Assembly (NCBI GenBank): GCA_030141605.1
Contig: JAQGDQ010000211.1
Span: 208,885-272,884 of the forward strand
From: Tubiluchus corallicola
Lineage: Eukaryota > Animalia > Priapulida
Reading direction: 5' to 3'
Length of the DNA: 64,000 nucleotides
Below, one piece after another: positions 1 through 13,659 of this stretch. Position 1 is the first letter of the stretch. Each line of letters begins with the position of its first letter. A program made the position numbers and the translations under genes. Under the pieces are notes generated by a model, which ran no database searches, was not told where the DNA came from, and was given only the letters and a program-made list of their open reading frames with translations.

Positions 1-171
1 TACTTTACAATACGTAACTATAAATATATAAAAAAATTGCTTAGCGATGCAGCAAAACAGAGATTTTTTCATTATGCTAACGACTTGGGAATTTTTACAA
101 GTTTTTTTGCTTGTCATTTCGCAAAATGTAGCTACTCACAAAATATAAGAAAGTAATGAATTTTGCTTTAA

Positions 172-791
172 CCCTTATAGGGTCACCGGGGGGGTAAAAA
201 ATTACCCCCAGACCGGTTTTTTGCATTTTGTTGTTTTACCATACGCATCCCAGTAAACCTTTTCTATGACTTTTTCTAAATATGTTTTGTGCACAAAATA
301 CTTTCAGTTATTTATTTTAGGCACATTGTCTCACCACGAAATAAAAGTGAAAATGCAATATGTCGATTTTTTAAAATTGTCGAAACTTTACTTCACTATA
401 ACGTCTATACATTATATGGGCGATGTATCTGATAAAACAAAATGTCAGATGTCTGTATGCTGATGTAGAACTAGTCTAGTAGCAGATAATAAATTCAAAA
501 TAACAATGATTTTTGCACACGCGCTAGCAATATCGGTTGTCTACAGTTATTCCAGCATAGATAAGGGAGCGTAACTAAGTGAATTTAAATTTCGTATTAC
601 TAGTAAGTCACATGTCTTTAAGCAGAGGTATAATGTATCCTATGGTGGTTAGCATAACCACAAATTATGCTGTCGCTCTTTACTAATGAAACACGGCAGT
701 TTATCAAAAGTAATTTACGAATTACGGTGGGGGTAATTTTTTACCCCCCGGTTACCAAAATCGGTTGTAGAAAATCGTGACCATATAAGGG
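172..791. mobile_element. piggyBac-like MITE, copy 1
   Basis: TTAA|CCCTTATA...TATAAGGG|TTAA termini; near-identical copy at 25166-25716. Confidence 0.8.
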
Positions 792-2290
792 TTAATTTCT
801 TAGCAGATGATCGAAAAGTCCTGGGGTCAGTGCAAAATTTTAAAATTTAAAAAGTTTTAAATGTCACCACTCATGAAGTACACCCTATTTGTACACAGTA
901 CAGAAAGGGTACAGGCAGACAGGCAAACAGAAAATTTCCAGACTTTTCTAAGTGTTTTGCAAAATCTCACTCTTCTGGTGCTTTAATAAACTTTAAAAAC
1001 TAGAAACAAGGCGCTTATTCAAAAATAAATAACTAACGTTGTGTTAAACGTATCATTGTGCACAACGTTATTTTTAGACAGCTAACAGCTACAAGGATTA
1101 GTTAGCATTAACTTATATACAATGACAACATTACGTGCTGTTTAAACACGAAAGAACGGAAGCTAGAAATTGCTACATGCATAAATTAATTTTCTGATGT
1201 AAGTTTAAGAAATGCAATAATGCGCAAGATTGTGCTTTTTTATATAATCAGCAATATGGCGAGTCGAAATTCGGCGTTCAACAAAAGAATCCGCTCAGCG
1301 TCATTGCGAAGAGACCAAAACTTGTCTCGTTAAGAAGAATAATTAAGTAACACGAGGCACTCAATTAGTAGAGGTGACTCAGCCACAATGAAGTCCACCT
1401 TCTACAAGGTAAACAGCCAGAATTGGCATGGCGAATGAAGCGCCCAGAACGATTACTGAACCGAGGCGGTCACGAACCAACCCATTCACCGAACAGTCTT
1501 GGTGTGGTTTTAGTTCGGTGGCCAAGCAAATGAGTGTGACCACTTGGCTATGCACATCACATAATCACCAAAACAAGGTAAACGGTTTTGCAAACAGGTA
1601 ATGAAAAAGTATTCACATTGCCGGTTATAATTGGGACATATCTTTGGCTATCAATAGGCTATATAACAGATTCAAATACAAGCCACAGATTTAGTTTTCA
1701 AGGTTAAATATAACAGCACTGCAAAACAAAACTAGTCATTTAATGTAAACATCAGCAAAAGAGCTGATCACTTTTTTACAAACCATAACAGTAACAATGT
1801 TCATCTAGTACGATGAAATAAGTATTAGGTTTCTAAAACTAAACTTGACCTAAAAAGGAAATGCAAAAAAGCAGAACTAAGCTGGATTTGAACCTGGCAC
1901 CATCGAGTTAAAACCCCGAAATGTTCCAAGTTTTAGACTATCCAGTTTCTTATGATCTTAACACATCTCAAAAAAAATTTTTGACAGGATTATCAAGTCA
2001 TCCTGTATTTCCATGTGTGAACTTACCGAAAACACTAAAACTGAAACCAGATTTGAACCATGGAACCTTAGGTTACAAATGCAGGTCCTGACCGCTAAAC
2101 CAGCAATTATCATAATTACAAAACCTTCCTTTCTTAAACGCTTTCTTTTTCGATCAAGTTTAGTTTCCAAAAGTCAATAAATGCATCATTCGTTTGAATC
2201 AAAAATGTCAAAAGAAAATTATAATTACATATAATTAGTTAAAAAGCGTAATTAGTAAAACTGGAATCATGCTTGAATATTTACCTTTAC

Positions 2291-2374
2291 CTTTTCACCG
2301 CTTGAATAGTAAAAGAAGAGAAGTTTAACAATGTTACAGTGATCTAGTTGCCTCATGATCTGCAGTTCACGATT
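2291..2374 (-). CDS. GSK3B: GSK3 coding exon 3 ([28 protein letters not shown])
   Basis: 84-nt exon with CAG acceptor and GTAAAG donor; matches GSK3 kinase [16 protein letters not shown]...SSGEK. Confidence 0.95.
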
Positions 2375-2419
2375 CTGTAACACGTCATAAATTCAACTTA
2401 TCATACTAATAATACTATA

Positions 2420-2815
2420 ACAATGGCAACGGTAACAACAAAGACGACGGACAACAACAACAACAACAACAACGATGGCAGCGACAACCACAACCACGAC
2501 GACTACAACAACAACAACAACAACAACGATGGCGGTGACAACAGCAGCAAAGGCAACAACAACAACAACAACAATAACAACAACAACAACAACAATGACG
2601 GCGACAACCACGATGGCAATAAGGCAATGAAAACAACAAAGACAACAACAATAACAACAATGATGGCGACAACCACGACCACGACGACAATAACAACAAC
2701 AACAACAGCCTTAAGAGCGGCAATGGCAACAAAAAAGACAACAACAACAACAACAACAACGATGATGGCGACAACCACGACAACAACAACAAAAACAACA
2801 ACAACAACAACGATT
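2420..2815. repeat. (AAC)n-rich compound microsatellite
   Basis: Imperfect CAA/AAC runs. Confidence 0.95.
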
Positions 2816-3469
2816 TGTTTTTAAGATACACACATTTATATATATATACATGTACCAACAGTGCAAAACAGAAAATTAACATAGTGTTTAACTATAACAG
2901 AACATGACACAACACAACATAAGGTAACATGATAAAAAGATCATAATAAAACCAACGAAGTATACGCATTTGATACACATTCATGACTAAATTATAAGAA
3001 AGAATGTATATTTATAAAGAACAGGTTAAAATACATTTTATGTACACTAAAACATAACGTGAATCATCAACAAAATACGCCTAATCGTTCACAAAAATGC
3101 TGTTTAGAACGACAAAGCCGGAAAAGTTGAGCTAAACGTGTCCAGCTTAGTCATGTGCCTGACATCACTAGAATGGTAGTCCACAAGTTTGGCGCAAAGC
3201 TTGCCGAGAGAGGCCTAAATGCCCTATCTGCCCATCATGTAATGTCACAAGCGTTTCACTCTCTGGACTGGTAATTGGTAAGAAGAGCCGGCTAGTGATT
3301 ATAATAAGCAGGTCACATTAAAAATGTAGCCATGCCTAGAAACGATCTATTAACTATTAACCAGTGATTCGTGACATTTGAGACAATAAATAAGTAATTT
3401 GAATAATAACACGTATGGTTGTAGTGACAGGTAAGGCCGTTTATCAGACTGTGACCTTATAAACTGCTT

Positions 3470-3526
3470 ATGATTATTAACATTGTCATCATCATCATCA
3501 ACATCATCATCATCAACATCATTAAC

Positions 3527-3557
<31 letters not shown>

Positions 3558-3705
3558 ACATCAGCATCATCATCATCATCATCATCATTATCACTATCAT
3601 CATCATCACCATCATCAACATCATCATCACCATCATTAACATCATCATCATCATCATCATAACCATCATCATCATTAACACCATCATCATCATCATCATC
3701 ACGTT
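3470..3705. repeat. (ATC)n microsatellite
   Basis: CAT/ATC runs. Confidence 0.95.
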
Positions 3706-4010
3706 CCCATTAAGTATATTGTAGACATTGGGCAGGCAGAATTCTAAAATAGGAAGAAATCTGCCCTCAAGACAGGCAAACACGGCAGTAATGCAGCAAG
3801 AAATTAGATCCTACTGAGAAAATTGCTAATGCAGAAAGGGCAAATTCTGAAGGGCACACATGGCAATATGGGTCACCTTTATTAAAAATGCTCACTACAT
3901 GTATACATTAAATATGCACCTAACAGTAACCAGGAAGATTCGGAACCACTCAAAAGCTAATATAACAGTCAAAACACCAGGCTTATGAAAAGCTACATCT
4001 CAGAACTTAC

Positions 4011-4201
4011 CTTGAACCGTTTATCTTGAAGTACTTTCTTGATAGCGACCATCTCCCCTCCATTACTAAGCTTGGCTTGGTAAACGACGCCAAACGAACC
4101 GTTCCCGATCACCTTGGCATCGGAGTAGGAGACTTCGTGCGGACGATCGGGGCCGGTGCCCGGTGTTGCCACCACGGTCGTTACTTTACCACTATCTTTG
4201 G
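4011..4201 (-). CDS. GSK3B: GSK3 coding exon 2 ([14 protein letters not shown]...[12 protein letters not shown]...[13 protein letters not shown])
   Basis: Gly-rich loop GNGSFG and VAIKK; ttttttCAG acceptor and AAG|GTAAG donor; phase 1 start. Confidence 0.97.
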
Positions 4202-4486
4202 CTGAAAAAATTCATATTTGTTACTAGAAAAAGCTGGAAACAGCCACCAAAAATGGTTTAGCTACTTGCATAGCGACATGTATCCGTCTTCATAATAGAA
4301 ATCGGACGATCAACATAATGATAATGAAAATGATAATTTATTGTAAAGTGCACAAATCTGCAATTATTGTTAATAGATGGCGCTATTATACAGGTCTACA
4401 ATAAGAATGTCTGCAGTAGGATTCAAGCACACGATAAATATTCACTACTTAATTAAGCAACTAATTAAAACATTTAGGAAAAGTAC

Positions 4487-5159
4487 AGGACAAGAAAAGG
4501 GGTACCCGAAGTAGCTTTCAGAAAAATCGCCTTAAAAAATTATACAACTTTACAGCGATTTTTGAGTATATCGTGCTCGCGGGTTGAAAGGAATTTTCGT
4601 TTGTTTTCATTTTAAATCTCCTGCAATATTGTTCCGACGGTGCCATTACATGACGTCACTACACCACGTAAATCAGGGGAAGAAAAGACAGTGTTATATT
4701 ATGACCCAAAAAACTTTCCCTGCAAATCTATATTACTTAGCATTTCACTTACCTGCTGGAAAGGCTTATGTAACTCGACTAATAATATAAAATGTTTGTG
4801 CCAATTGGTAAAATGTCGCCGACTCACCCTCCAGGGTGCGCCACTCACTAGTCAAAAATGTACTCTTGATCTTATTGACGAGATACAGTAATTTAAAATT
4901 TTACTTAATCTGTAACATGTACGTTACGAAGGCTCTGATTATTTTTTCAAACTTTACACAATGTTATCAAAACTTGCTTTAAATGACCTACGATTAAAAT
5001 GGCTGTGCCTAACGGTCATCAAAGGGAGTTTAAATTTACACGTTTTATACAGCGTTACGGTCGATGCAAGCCCTGCATACGAAAAGGTATGTAAGTGGTA
5101 TAAAATTCCAAGACGAATTTTTAAGCTTTGTGTAAGTGGATGGTTTTCTTGTGCTTTAA
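4487..5159. mobile_element. Kolobok-like TTAA MITE family B (about 680 bp)
   Basis: AAG(C/G)ACAAGAAAA terminal repeats next to TTAA; related copies or fragments near 6200, 7600, 11600, 20520, 30660, 32130, 41470, 45880 and 56270. Confidence 0.65.
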
Positions 5160-5167
5160 GACTCTCA

Positions 5168-5320
5168 CTAATTAAACGTTACAGTAAAAAGATAGCTTTT
5201 AAGACTTGTTTTAAAATGGTTAAAATCAGCATTAGACAGCAAGCTAAGTGGAAGTTTATTCCATTCACGTGGAGCTTCACTGGCAAAAGCACGCTCACCA
5301 TACCGAACAATCAAGAGATA
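5168..5320 (-). mobile_element. CR1/L2-group LINE 3' fragment
   Basis: YGERAFASEAPREWNKLP...FKTSLKSYLF resembles the C-terminus of CR1/L2-group ORF2. Confidence 0.7.
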
Positions 5321-7858
5321 AGCCATTGTTGACAAACAATGGCGGTTACTGCAGCAGTGATAAGCCATTGTTGACAAACAATGGCGGTTACTGCAGCAGT
5401 GATCATTGTTTATTTTTACCGATTCATACTAATAAATATGTACTGATCTACATATCCATATATGCAGTTTTCATTTTCATAATTGCCGCCGTTCTTAGGC
5501 TGTTTCTTTCAATAAATGGCATTTGGGATGGGTACAAGGTGACGTTTCGGGGTTAATAAAATAACAATTAACTCCTCTGTGACCAGGCAGAATGAAATAT
5601 GCTAGTTTCAACTATAGCTGTGGTGTTGGTTCTATTATTGAGATGACGCCATCTCCACTTTTAAGTTTGAACATTGTAATTGCAACCACTTTACAGGTTC
5701 TACACCAGTGGTCTTCAATCTTTTTTAATGTCGTCCACCCCTAGTGGTGATTAAGTAGAAGCTGTCCACCCCCCACCCCGAAGAAGTCTCATTAACAATC
5801 TCACGTTTTTAATATTTAAAATCTGTGTTTCATATCTCATTTCTATGACTAAGTAAACAGAAGAAAGCAGTTTCTCTTAGTTTTTATTTAACTTTTACAT
5901 ATTCATCCATATATTTACACACCTCATCTCAAACTAAAAGGCTCAAAATACACAAGATAACATTAAGCATGCCATTTAGACGTATTTTCCTTCACTAGAG
6001 TAAAATTGCAAACAATGTTTGCCATATTTGGTACGGTATCAATAAATAATGTAGAATCTACATTATCAATTAGACCTACTTTACAAAGAATATCAGTTTA
6101 CATACAAAAATATTTATATACGTTTGCTTAGTATCGAAGACTGTGCCACAAATGCTCTGACTTTTTCAGACCGTAAGCAATAATATCTAAACTTGCTTCA
6201 AATGACATACTATCAAAATGGCTGTTAGCAGTCATTGCGGGAATTTAAATTTATAAGTTTTATACGGTGTTGTTGCTAATACAAGCCCTGTATGCAATAA
6301 GACTGTACTGTAGGTGATACAAAATTTCAAGGCAATTTTTGTAAGCTTTGTTTCGGTAAAAGGTTTTCTTGTGCTTTAAAGGTAAGAAACAAACTTTTGA
6401 GCCAAGTTTTAGCATTTAGTGCACTCAAGCTTAATGTTTTAATACCTGCGGCGGAACCAAGACCAAGTTGTGATTACAAAAGGATAATTCTCTAACATGA
6501 GTTGCTAAATTCTTATTTTTCTCGTCTTTGTCTCTCTCTTTTTTTCCATTCAGTTCTGTAACAGCGCATCTTTTTACATATGCTTGTTATCATATGCGCT
6601 GCTGCCGAGCACAGGTGAGAGATAGACCTGCCTAATCAGTTGTCATGGGAACACCGCATTAATCAATAAAGGTCATGCGGATAAGAAAAGACACTGATTA
6701 CGCTGATTAGGTTAGTAGCGGTTAACAACGTTATTAAAGGTGTAAGATGCCGATGTTTCTTTTCTCCTGCTTTCAAGTGCTGCATTATTTCATTCCACGT
6801 AATGCATAACCTTTGAATGTAATTCGATGTTTATTAAAGTGCAATGCGATTGAAAATATACTGATGGACAGTGGCAATTAGTTTTGCAAGAGAGGTATCT
6901 GCCTAGTACCATTTAATCATACAAACATAGCTGTGACATTAAACGTTCATTCTGTACAGGTTTTATTGACAATTGTGCATACAAGCACAAAGATTAAATT
7001 TTTATTCTTCAGAAAGAAATTGTTTTGCGTTTCAATTTACGAAATCATGCACACAGAGTGCATCGTCCGTACTCATCCTACTTGGTCTAACATGCAGGAA
7101 GCCAGACGTTGCCCAGCCAAGATGGCGCAAGTAATCAGATTTATCAAAGCAACCAATCAGATGAATTAAGAACAGCAATAGCTGTGACTTTCCAATAGAC
7201 CGTAAGGCGTAATTTAATAACTCATCAATGCAGATCAGAAAGTTGCTTATTTCACTTATTTTATCTTTCATGTATCTAAAAGTTGATGAATTCATCTTTT
7301 TCCCTCGGACTTTTTAGCTATGGAATTCTCTGCTAGGAAACTCTTTCCCTGAAAACCATTACTCAATTCAAGAACACCATCAGTCACTCAGTCAGTACAA
7401 CCTTCTGTCAGTTGTAAATTTGAGAGTTCTCTTTCTCTGGACATGTTATTTATATCATTACCTTTTCACTGTAACCCCTAATCTTCAGTGACTGTTGGCC
7501 TTTCTTTAAGGTAATTTGTATAAAAAAGTGCAAGGTTTTGAGCAAATATTTTTCTACATTTCCTCAATAAAACTTGTGTTTTAAAACGAATATCAAAAAT
7601 TTATTATCGTTTCTAAATACCAAAATTGAATGTATGATATCCTTTGCATTTCTCAATTAAGGTGTGTTTTGGTGAATCAATGGTGCACATTGGGAAGGTG
7701 AGCCACAGACATTTTACCACTTGACATAAACATTAAAAATTACTGAGAATTTTCTTTTCTAGTTACACAAAACTTTCAAGCGTAATGCTAAGTAAATTAA
7801 CTTTGTACGAAAAGTTATATGGGATCTGCTTTAAAATTGCTTTTTCTTCCCCTTAAAG

Positions 7859-8463
7859 CAGGGGCGTGCAAATTATCTGACTAGCCGGGCCACATTAAAC
7901 TTTCCCGCAATTCCTGCGGGCCACATGCAGTTTGATCAAGGAGCCAAGTCCAGTAGGACCTAATAACGATTTTTTTGCATCCGATTTGCGCACATCATTA
8001 CTACTGCACTACTACACTCAATAAACTATTTTAGAAATTATTAAAATTTATATTAAAACCATATATTTCTACTTTCATGACAGATAGTGGTAATTTCATT
8101 ACAATGCATATTAGTAATGTGTATCACACAGTCTGTGTAGTACAGTGCATATTAATCTGTCTTGACTCGCTTACGCTTTATGACACCTTCGTTTACCATG
8201 ACATATAGCAACAGCATAACAACGATTCTTTTTTTTGCAAAGAGTTAGAAAAAAGTCAGAAATTTTTCTAGAATGTCAGACTTAGATTTTGACTTATTTA
8301 TTCATTTATTTAGCACAATACAACAAAACACAAGTTACACAATTACGAATTAACAATGCATTGCAGTGCTATGAGTCGCGTGGGCCGCACTTTCATTACG
8401 TTGACAAACCTCTTCGCGGGCTGCACAAGATCTCTCGGCGGGTCACAAGTTTGCACACCCCTG
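7859..8463. mobile_element. hAT-like MITE
   Basis: CAGGGG(C/T)GTGCAAA terminal repeats; perfect 8-bp TSD CCTTAAAG (7851-7858 and 8464-8471); related copy at 55782-56192. Confidence 0.85.
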
Positions 8464-8870
8464 CCTTAAAGCACCTTTAAGCGTCTATTCAAAGTGAGTC
8501 AAAACATTCCCCGTGTATTAACATTTATTTTTACTTGATTATAGAAATTAATTTAATGTCTCACGATTTGCTTTCTGCACAAGAAGTTAAAAAGAACTGA
8601 TCGCTTCTGATGTATTTTTAAAATAAGCTTACGTAATTACAAGCATTGTTTATGGTTTCGCTTTCTAAACATTAGTCGGGATGTTTTGTTGTTTCTAAGT
8701 TGGTTGAAGGTGACAGCTAGGAGAGCTGAAACATTCGCAGTGAGTTACGTTATGATGTTTATAAAATCGTTTGTGTTTTGTCAGTGGTAAGTTTTCGATT
8801 CCGACCTAACAATGGTCTTGTGCAACTTAAAATCGGAAAGCAAACAAAAATTAGGAATTTGCGTCTTCGT

Positions 8871-10365
8871 TTAAAGGAAAACTGGATGATTGTGTAAACA
8901 TGAGTTCAGAATAAAGAATACTCAAAAGTATTGAAAACTACAATAGCTTATCATGAATCAAAGCTTAGGTTAAATAATAATTATCTCGGATACTGAAAAT
9001 TCGTTAAACTTTCAAAGCTACGCGCGGCTCAGTGAATCTACTAAGACTGACAGCGGCACCTTTTGTCACATTCGCGTGGCCGGCAAATAGAAGGCTGTAC
9101 TGTGATAACCATAATCATGAACTGCTTGTGTTAGTTTCTGACGTCATATGACATAGAGCCCATTTTCCTGACATCATGCGTTTAAACAGTAACACTTATG
9201 CAAACGTGCTTGACGCGTAAGGCTGCCAGGCCATAGAAACTCATGCTTCATGCCTCACGCTTCATACTTCATACTTCATGCTTCATGCTTCACGGCCCAC
9301 TGGGCCATAGGGGCTCATGCTCTCACGCTTCACACACACACGAGTCTGCGTTGCGCATTCAAAATGGAATCATCTGACGAGGAAGATTTCTTGATTTTGT
9401 TGTGTCTCAGAAGAAGGAAGCGAAAGAGACGGAGAATATGGTGCCGGGAGCATTTTTTGCTCAGAGAATCCAGAGGAGAATTTCAGCGGACATTTCAACA
9501 CCTCGTGGACAATCCTGATGAAGAACTATTTCATAATTACACAAGGATGTCGTACAAGACTTACAGTACATTAAAGTCCCTCGTGCTAGGACATCTGAAG
9601 CCACGCCATTCAAATTGGAGGAGGCCAATCGAAGCAGAACAAAAGCTCATCATAACTCTCAGGTGGTAATTACTAGTCAAAGTATGTTTGTCAGATAAGC
9701 ATGCACTGACATGACCACATAAAAAAGTAGATCTAAACACCCCCCCCCCCCCGATAAAAAAGAAAGGCCACACAAAAATTCCAAAATGTTTTTGAAGGGT
9801 AAAATTTAATTATTTTATGTTTTTCAGATATACTGACATGACCATATAATAAAAACAAAAACCGAAAAACGAAAGTGAAAAATTTGAAAAGGTTTAGCTC
9901 ACAATGTCCCGTTCTAACTCTGATCGTGAAATGAATAGTCCTCAGGACCATGAGCAGTCAAAAAACGCTCTGATATCCAGTCTGCCCCCGGACTCACGTC
10001 TCGAAAAAGTGAACATGTTCACTTCTAGCTTCACGCGTGAGTCGTGAAGCTTGAAGTGTGAGGCGTGAGCGGAGGTCTATGGCGCACCGCAAATAAGATT
10101 ACGTTTGTTCATTTTTCCACTCACGCGTTTAGACGTGAAGCATGAGCGTGAGGCATGAAGCGTGAGTTTCTATGGCCTGGCAGCCTAAGGGAAGATGCCT
10201 GCCATTGCACAAGCACTTTCTGACATAAGTAATAGCTGTGTTCGGTTGCCGTTAATTAACTTTCTAAGCTAATTATTCAAATATAAGAAACAATTGCTAA
10301 CTTTTATAGGCAAGAAAATGTATATTTTGGGAACTAAATTAAACAATCGTCCGGTCTTCCTTTAA
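8871..10365. mobile_element. Kolobok-like TTAA MITE family A, interrupted by a Harbinger element
   Basis: TTAAAGGAAAAC...CCTTTAA ends; uninterrupted copies at about 34196-34755 and 52681-53231 (inverted). Confidence 0.7.
9221..10185 (+). mobile_element. Non-autonomous PIF/Harbinger transposon with a truncated transposase exon
   Basis: About 40-bp terminal repeats starting GGCTGCCAGGCCATAGAAACTCA; TAA TSD; ORF 9364-9662 (MESSDEED...FHNYTRMS...EQKLIITLR) resembles the HARBI1-type transposase N-terminus. Confidence 0.9.
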
Positions 10366-13300
10366 AAGAGATTCATAAACCCAAAGCGAATAATTTAAAC
10401 TTTGTCAGCAAATATTATCCTTAGGCACAAAAAATTTCAAACAATCTGCAAACAAACGGTTGATTACGTAAGTGTAAGTAGCAAATACCAATCAACTTTT
10501 ATTAGAAGTCGGGAATAAGAAAGCTCTTTTAAGTTGGCAAGCAATTTGGGGCAATTCATAACAGACAAACCACATGGTACTACTTAACAAGATTAGTCTG
10601 ACGGGGGAATACTCCAGCCATCCGGTATGAGCTGCACTAGGAATAAGATTAAATAAACAGCTAGCTATGCAATTTCCATAGTAGTCGTAGTCACAAAATT
10701 GCAAATGATTAACTCGCTACAATGGTTTAAAACAGGTGTGCTAAAAACCAAAAATAGTTATGCAATTATGAATTAGAAAAAAGAGCTTACCCGTTCATAT
10801 CTTATGCAGACCTATTTTTTATTTTATTTTGTGTTTGGCGCACAGAAACCAGAATCCAGCACTGAATGATAGGGTCTTCATAATGTGAATGTCTGTGGCA
10901 AGACTAGTTTGCTAGGACTGGCAATGTGACTCATTATGAAATCCAAACTTTTAAGATTAGCTACTGAATAGCCAGAATCAGCAGGGAAAATGAAACTGTG
11001 CAGAATGAGTATTATAAAACTGGGCATTCATCTATCCATTTATTGAGCAGCATCGGCATTGCTCAACTTTCGTTGTAAAGCTCACTGCGTGACTATATGG
11101 TCATTTGCTTCAAGTGAAATATTTAATAACTGACAGGTATACTATCCATTTTAAGAAATAAGACTGTGTTAAAAATATATGTTTCTGATTTAGCAAACAA
11201 TTACATACTGATATACATGTTGTGCTGATTCGTCACATGGCCAACTTTAGTCAACTCATTAGTCGAGTTACCAAAAATTGCAGGCACGTGTGCGATAAAT
11301 AATTTTACTCACGACAAATCAACTGCAGGCAAACAAAAGCTCTATTAGTTTCCCAACTTCCTGCAAGGTCAAAAACACGTGCACCGAAAAACAAGAGTTT
11401 CAGTTGTTTGATTACAAACGTGCATGTGACATTATACAAATAATGCCTAGTTTGTGGGCAATAGTGCAAATACCAGCTCGACGACTTGTCACCATGCAGT
11501 GGCGGTTTTTCCCCGAAGTCTACGACAAATCGTGTTAGTCTCATACGATTTTGATTTGAATTTGAAGGGGAAGAGAAGGCAACGTCCCAAAAAACTTTCT
11601 ATGTAAAGCTATGTTACTTAGCACTACAGTTATCTGTTTGAAAGACTTATGTAACTTGAAAAGAAAATTCTTAATAAATTAGAATGTTTGTGCCAATTTG
11701 TAAAATGTCGCTGACTCACTTTCCCAATGTGCAGTACTCAATAAAAAGCCGATTTTTAATCTTGTTGACAAGATACAATAATTTAGAATTTTGCTTAGTT
11801 AACGAAGAATGCAATACAACTGCTCAGATTTTTTTTCAGACTTTATCTAATGCTATCTAAACTTGTTCCCAATGACTTATCATCAAAATGGTTGTATCTC
11901 ACGGTTATTGCTGGAATTTAAATTTACAAAATTTATACAGCGTTACTGTTAACACAAGTTCTGTATGGAATAAGACCAATATGGACTCATGTAAGTGATG
12001 CAAATTTTTAAAACGAATTTTTCAAGCTTTATGTAAGTGAAGGGTTTTCTTTTGTGCTTTAATTCTTACATGGTTTAAATAAGAGTTAAACGAGAGAAAT
12101 TCTGTCGAAGTAAATGATTGAAAAGTAACGAAGAAGCGATCGAGCTATTTGTAAATTTTGTGAATCTTAATACCCCAGCACAATTTTAATATTTTCTGAC
12201 TGAAATTATTAGAGGGTTGACTTTTAGACTTTTTAACCTTTTTAAGGTACTGAAAGTATCTTTAAGTTTTGGAAACTGTTTAAATTATTTTTATGACATT
12301 ATGACTAAACTGGTCTGTTTTTAACGTATAACCAGTCTATGTTAAGTAGCGATTCGAAGAATGTTCACATACTTGTAACAAAACTAGACAACTACAGTCT
12401 TTAAATAGTCACTGCTGCACAGATCATATTGTACTTGGCATGTGGGAATATTTTGAGAAAAGGAAGCGTTGCCACTGCTACAGATAATATGTACTACACG
12501 TATATTATTGCAACTTCTGCTACATCAACATCAGTTTTACTATCACAAGTATCATTGCTATAGCTGTTCACACCCCCACAATTTTAAATGCAGTCAGTCC
12601 CACTGCTGTACAACTTGAATAGGCGTTTTCATCAACACCGTCTTCATCACGTTATTTCAACAGTTTTGTTTTGTGTAACTAATATAACTCAAAGCACCTT
12701 GAATTGTCGACAAGTATTAACAAGCATCGATGTACAAAGGTCCCTTTCCTGTACAGAAGAATACTCTGGCCGATAAATGAGGAACTTGAACAGTTTTAGG
12801 AAAATATCAAGTCTTTGTCTTTGTCTATCAATAACACCAAGACTTTCACAAATGCATGGGTGTTAATTTTGATGGAGATTGATGTATAATTGATGATTCT
12901 TTAATGACTGACCTTGCTAATGCGCAGAGAACAATAATTTGAATGTAGTAAATTTTTTTCACAATTGTCACAACATTTGCAGGAATGTTTTGTTGTTTTT
13001 TAACTTAAACTATGACAATATGAAAACATTTGTCTCACCTTACTTTAAATTTGAGCAATTAGAAACAAATATATTTTTAACTTTTTGCAACTAAAGAAAC
13101 CTACCTCTAAAAATTACTGAATAAGCCTACTAGTAAACAGAGAACTGCCTAAATTAGTGTAAACAATTGACTAACAATATAAGATATGTATATATATATA
13201 TATATCCAAAGTTTATATTAAGCTGTTAAAATAATCTTTAGTGCAGCATAATTTTAGAAAACAACCTCCTATTGGTCTACAGATTTCAATTTTTGACTGA

Positions 13301-13538
13301 AAAATAACTACACTTTTAAGTTTTTTATTGACTACCGTTCAACTATGTAATTTGAGCACACACAAACATCACGATTATAAGTATTTATTTGACCTTAAAG
13401 CTGTCAGCATTCTTAACCACAGCTCTTAGTTTGTAGCTCTGGTAAAAGTTGATTATATTTGATGGACAGGAAGAGAGAAGCTCAGTTACTGATTATAATT
13501 TAGACAATTCCTGGTTGAATTTAGCAGTACAAACTTAC

Positions 13539-13563
13539 AAAAAGATGTCCTTGCGTTCTGCAT
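13539..13563 (-). CDS. GSK3B: Probable GSK3 first coding exon (MQNARTSF)
   Basis: ATG with an upstream in-frame stop; RTSF resembles GSK3 RTTSF; phase-1 T|GTAAG donor matches the phase of exon 2. Confidence 0.6.
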
Positions 13564-13659
13564 ACTTTGTTCTTCTCTGTTGCTTGAAGGATAAATCTGA
13601 TACTCGAATATTTCCGAACTTCATGTACATTCGGTCTTCGACAAAAAAAGTTATTTGAC

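Noticed and set aside
2393-3783. Low-complexity ORFs (poly-V, T, M, I), also at 28913, 58903 and 60904
   Set aside because: Translations of microsatellites and minisatellites.
10791-10935. Alternative GSK3 first coding exon with a strong GG|GTAAG donor
   Set aside because: The frame needed to join exon 2 has a TGA just before the donor; at most non-coding.
12400-12950. Possible decayed Cys-rich transposon ORF on the minus strand
   Set aside because: Multiple stops and only vague motif similarity; cannot be supported without a translated search.
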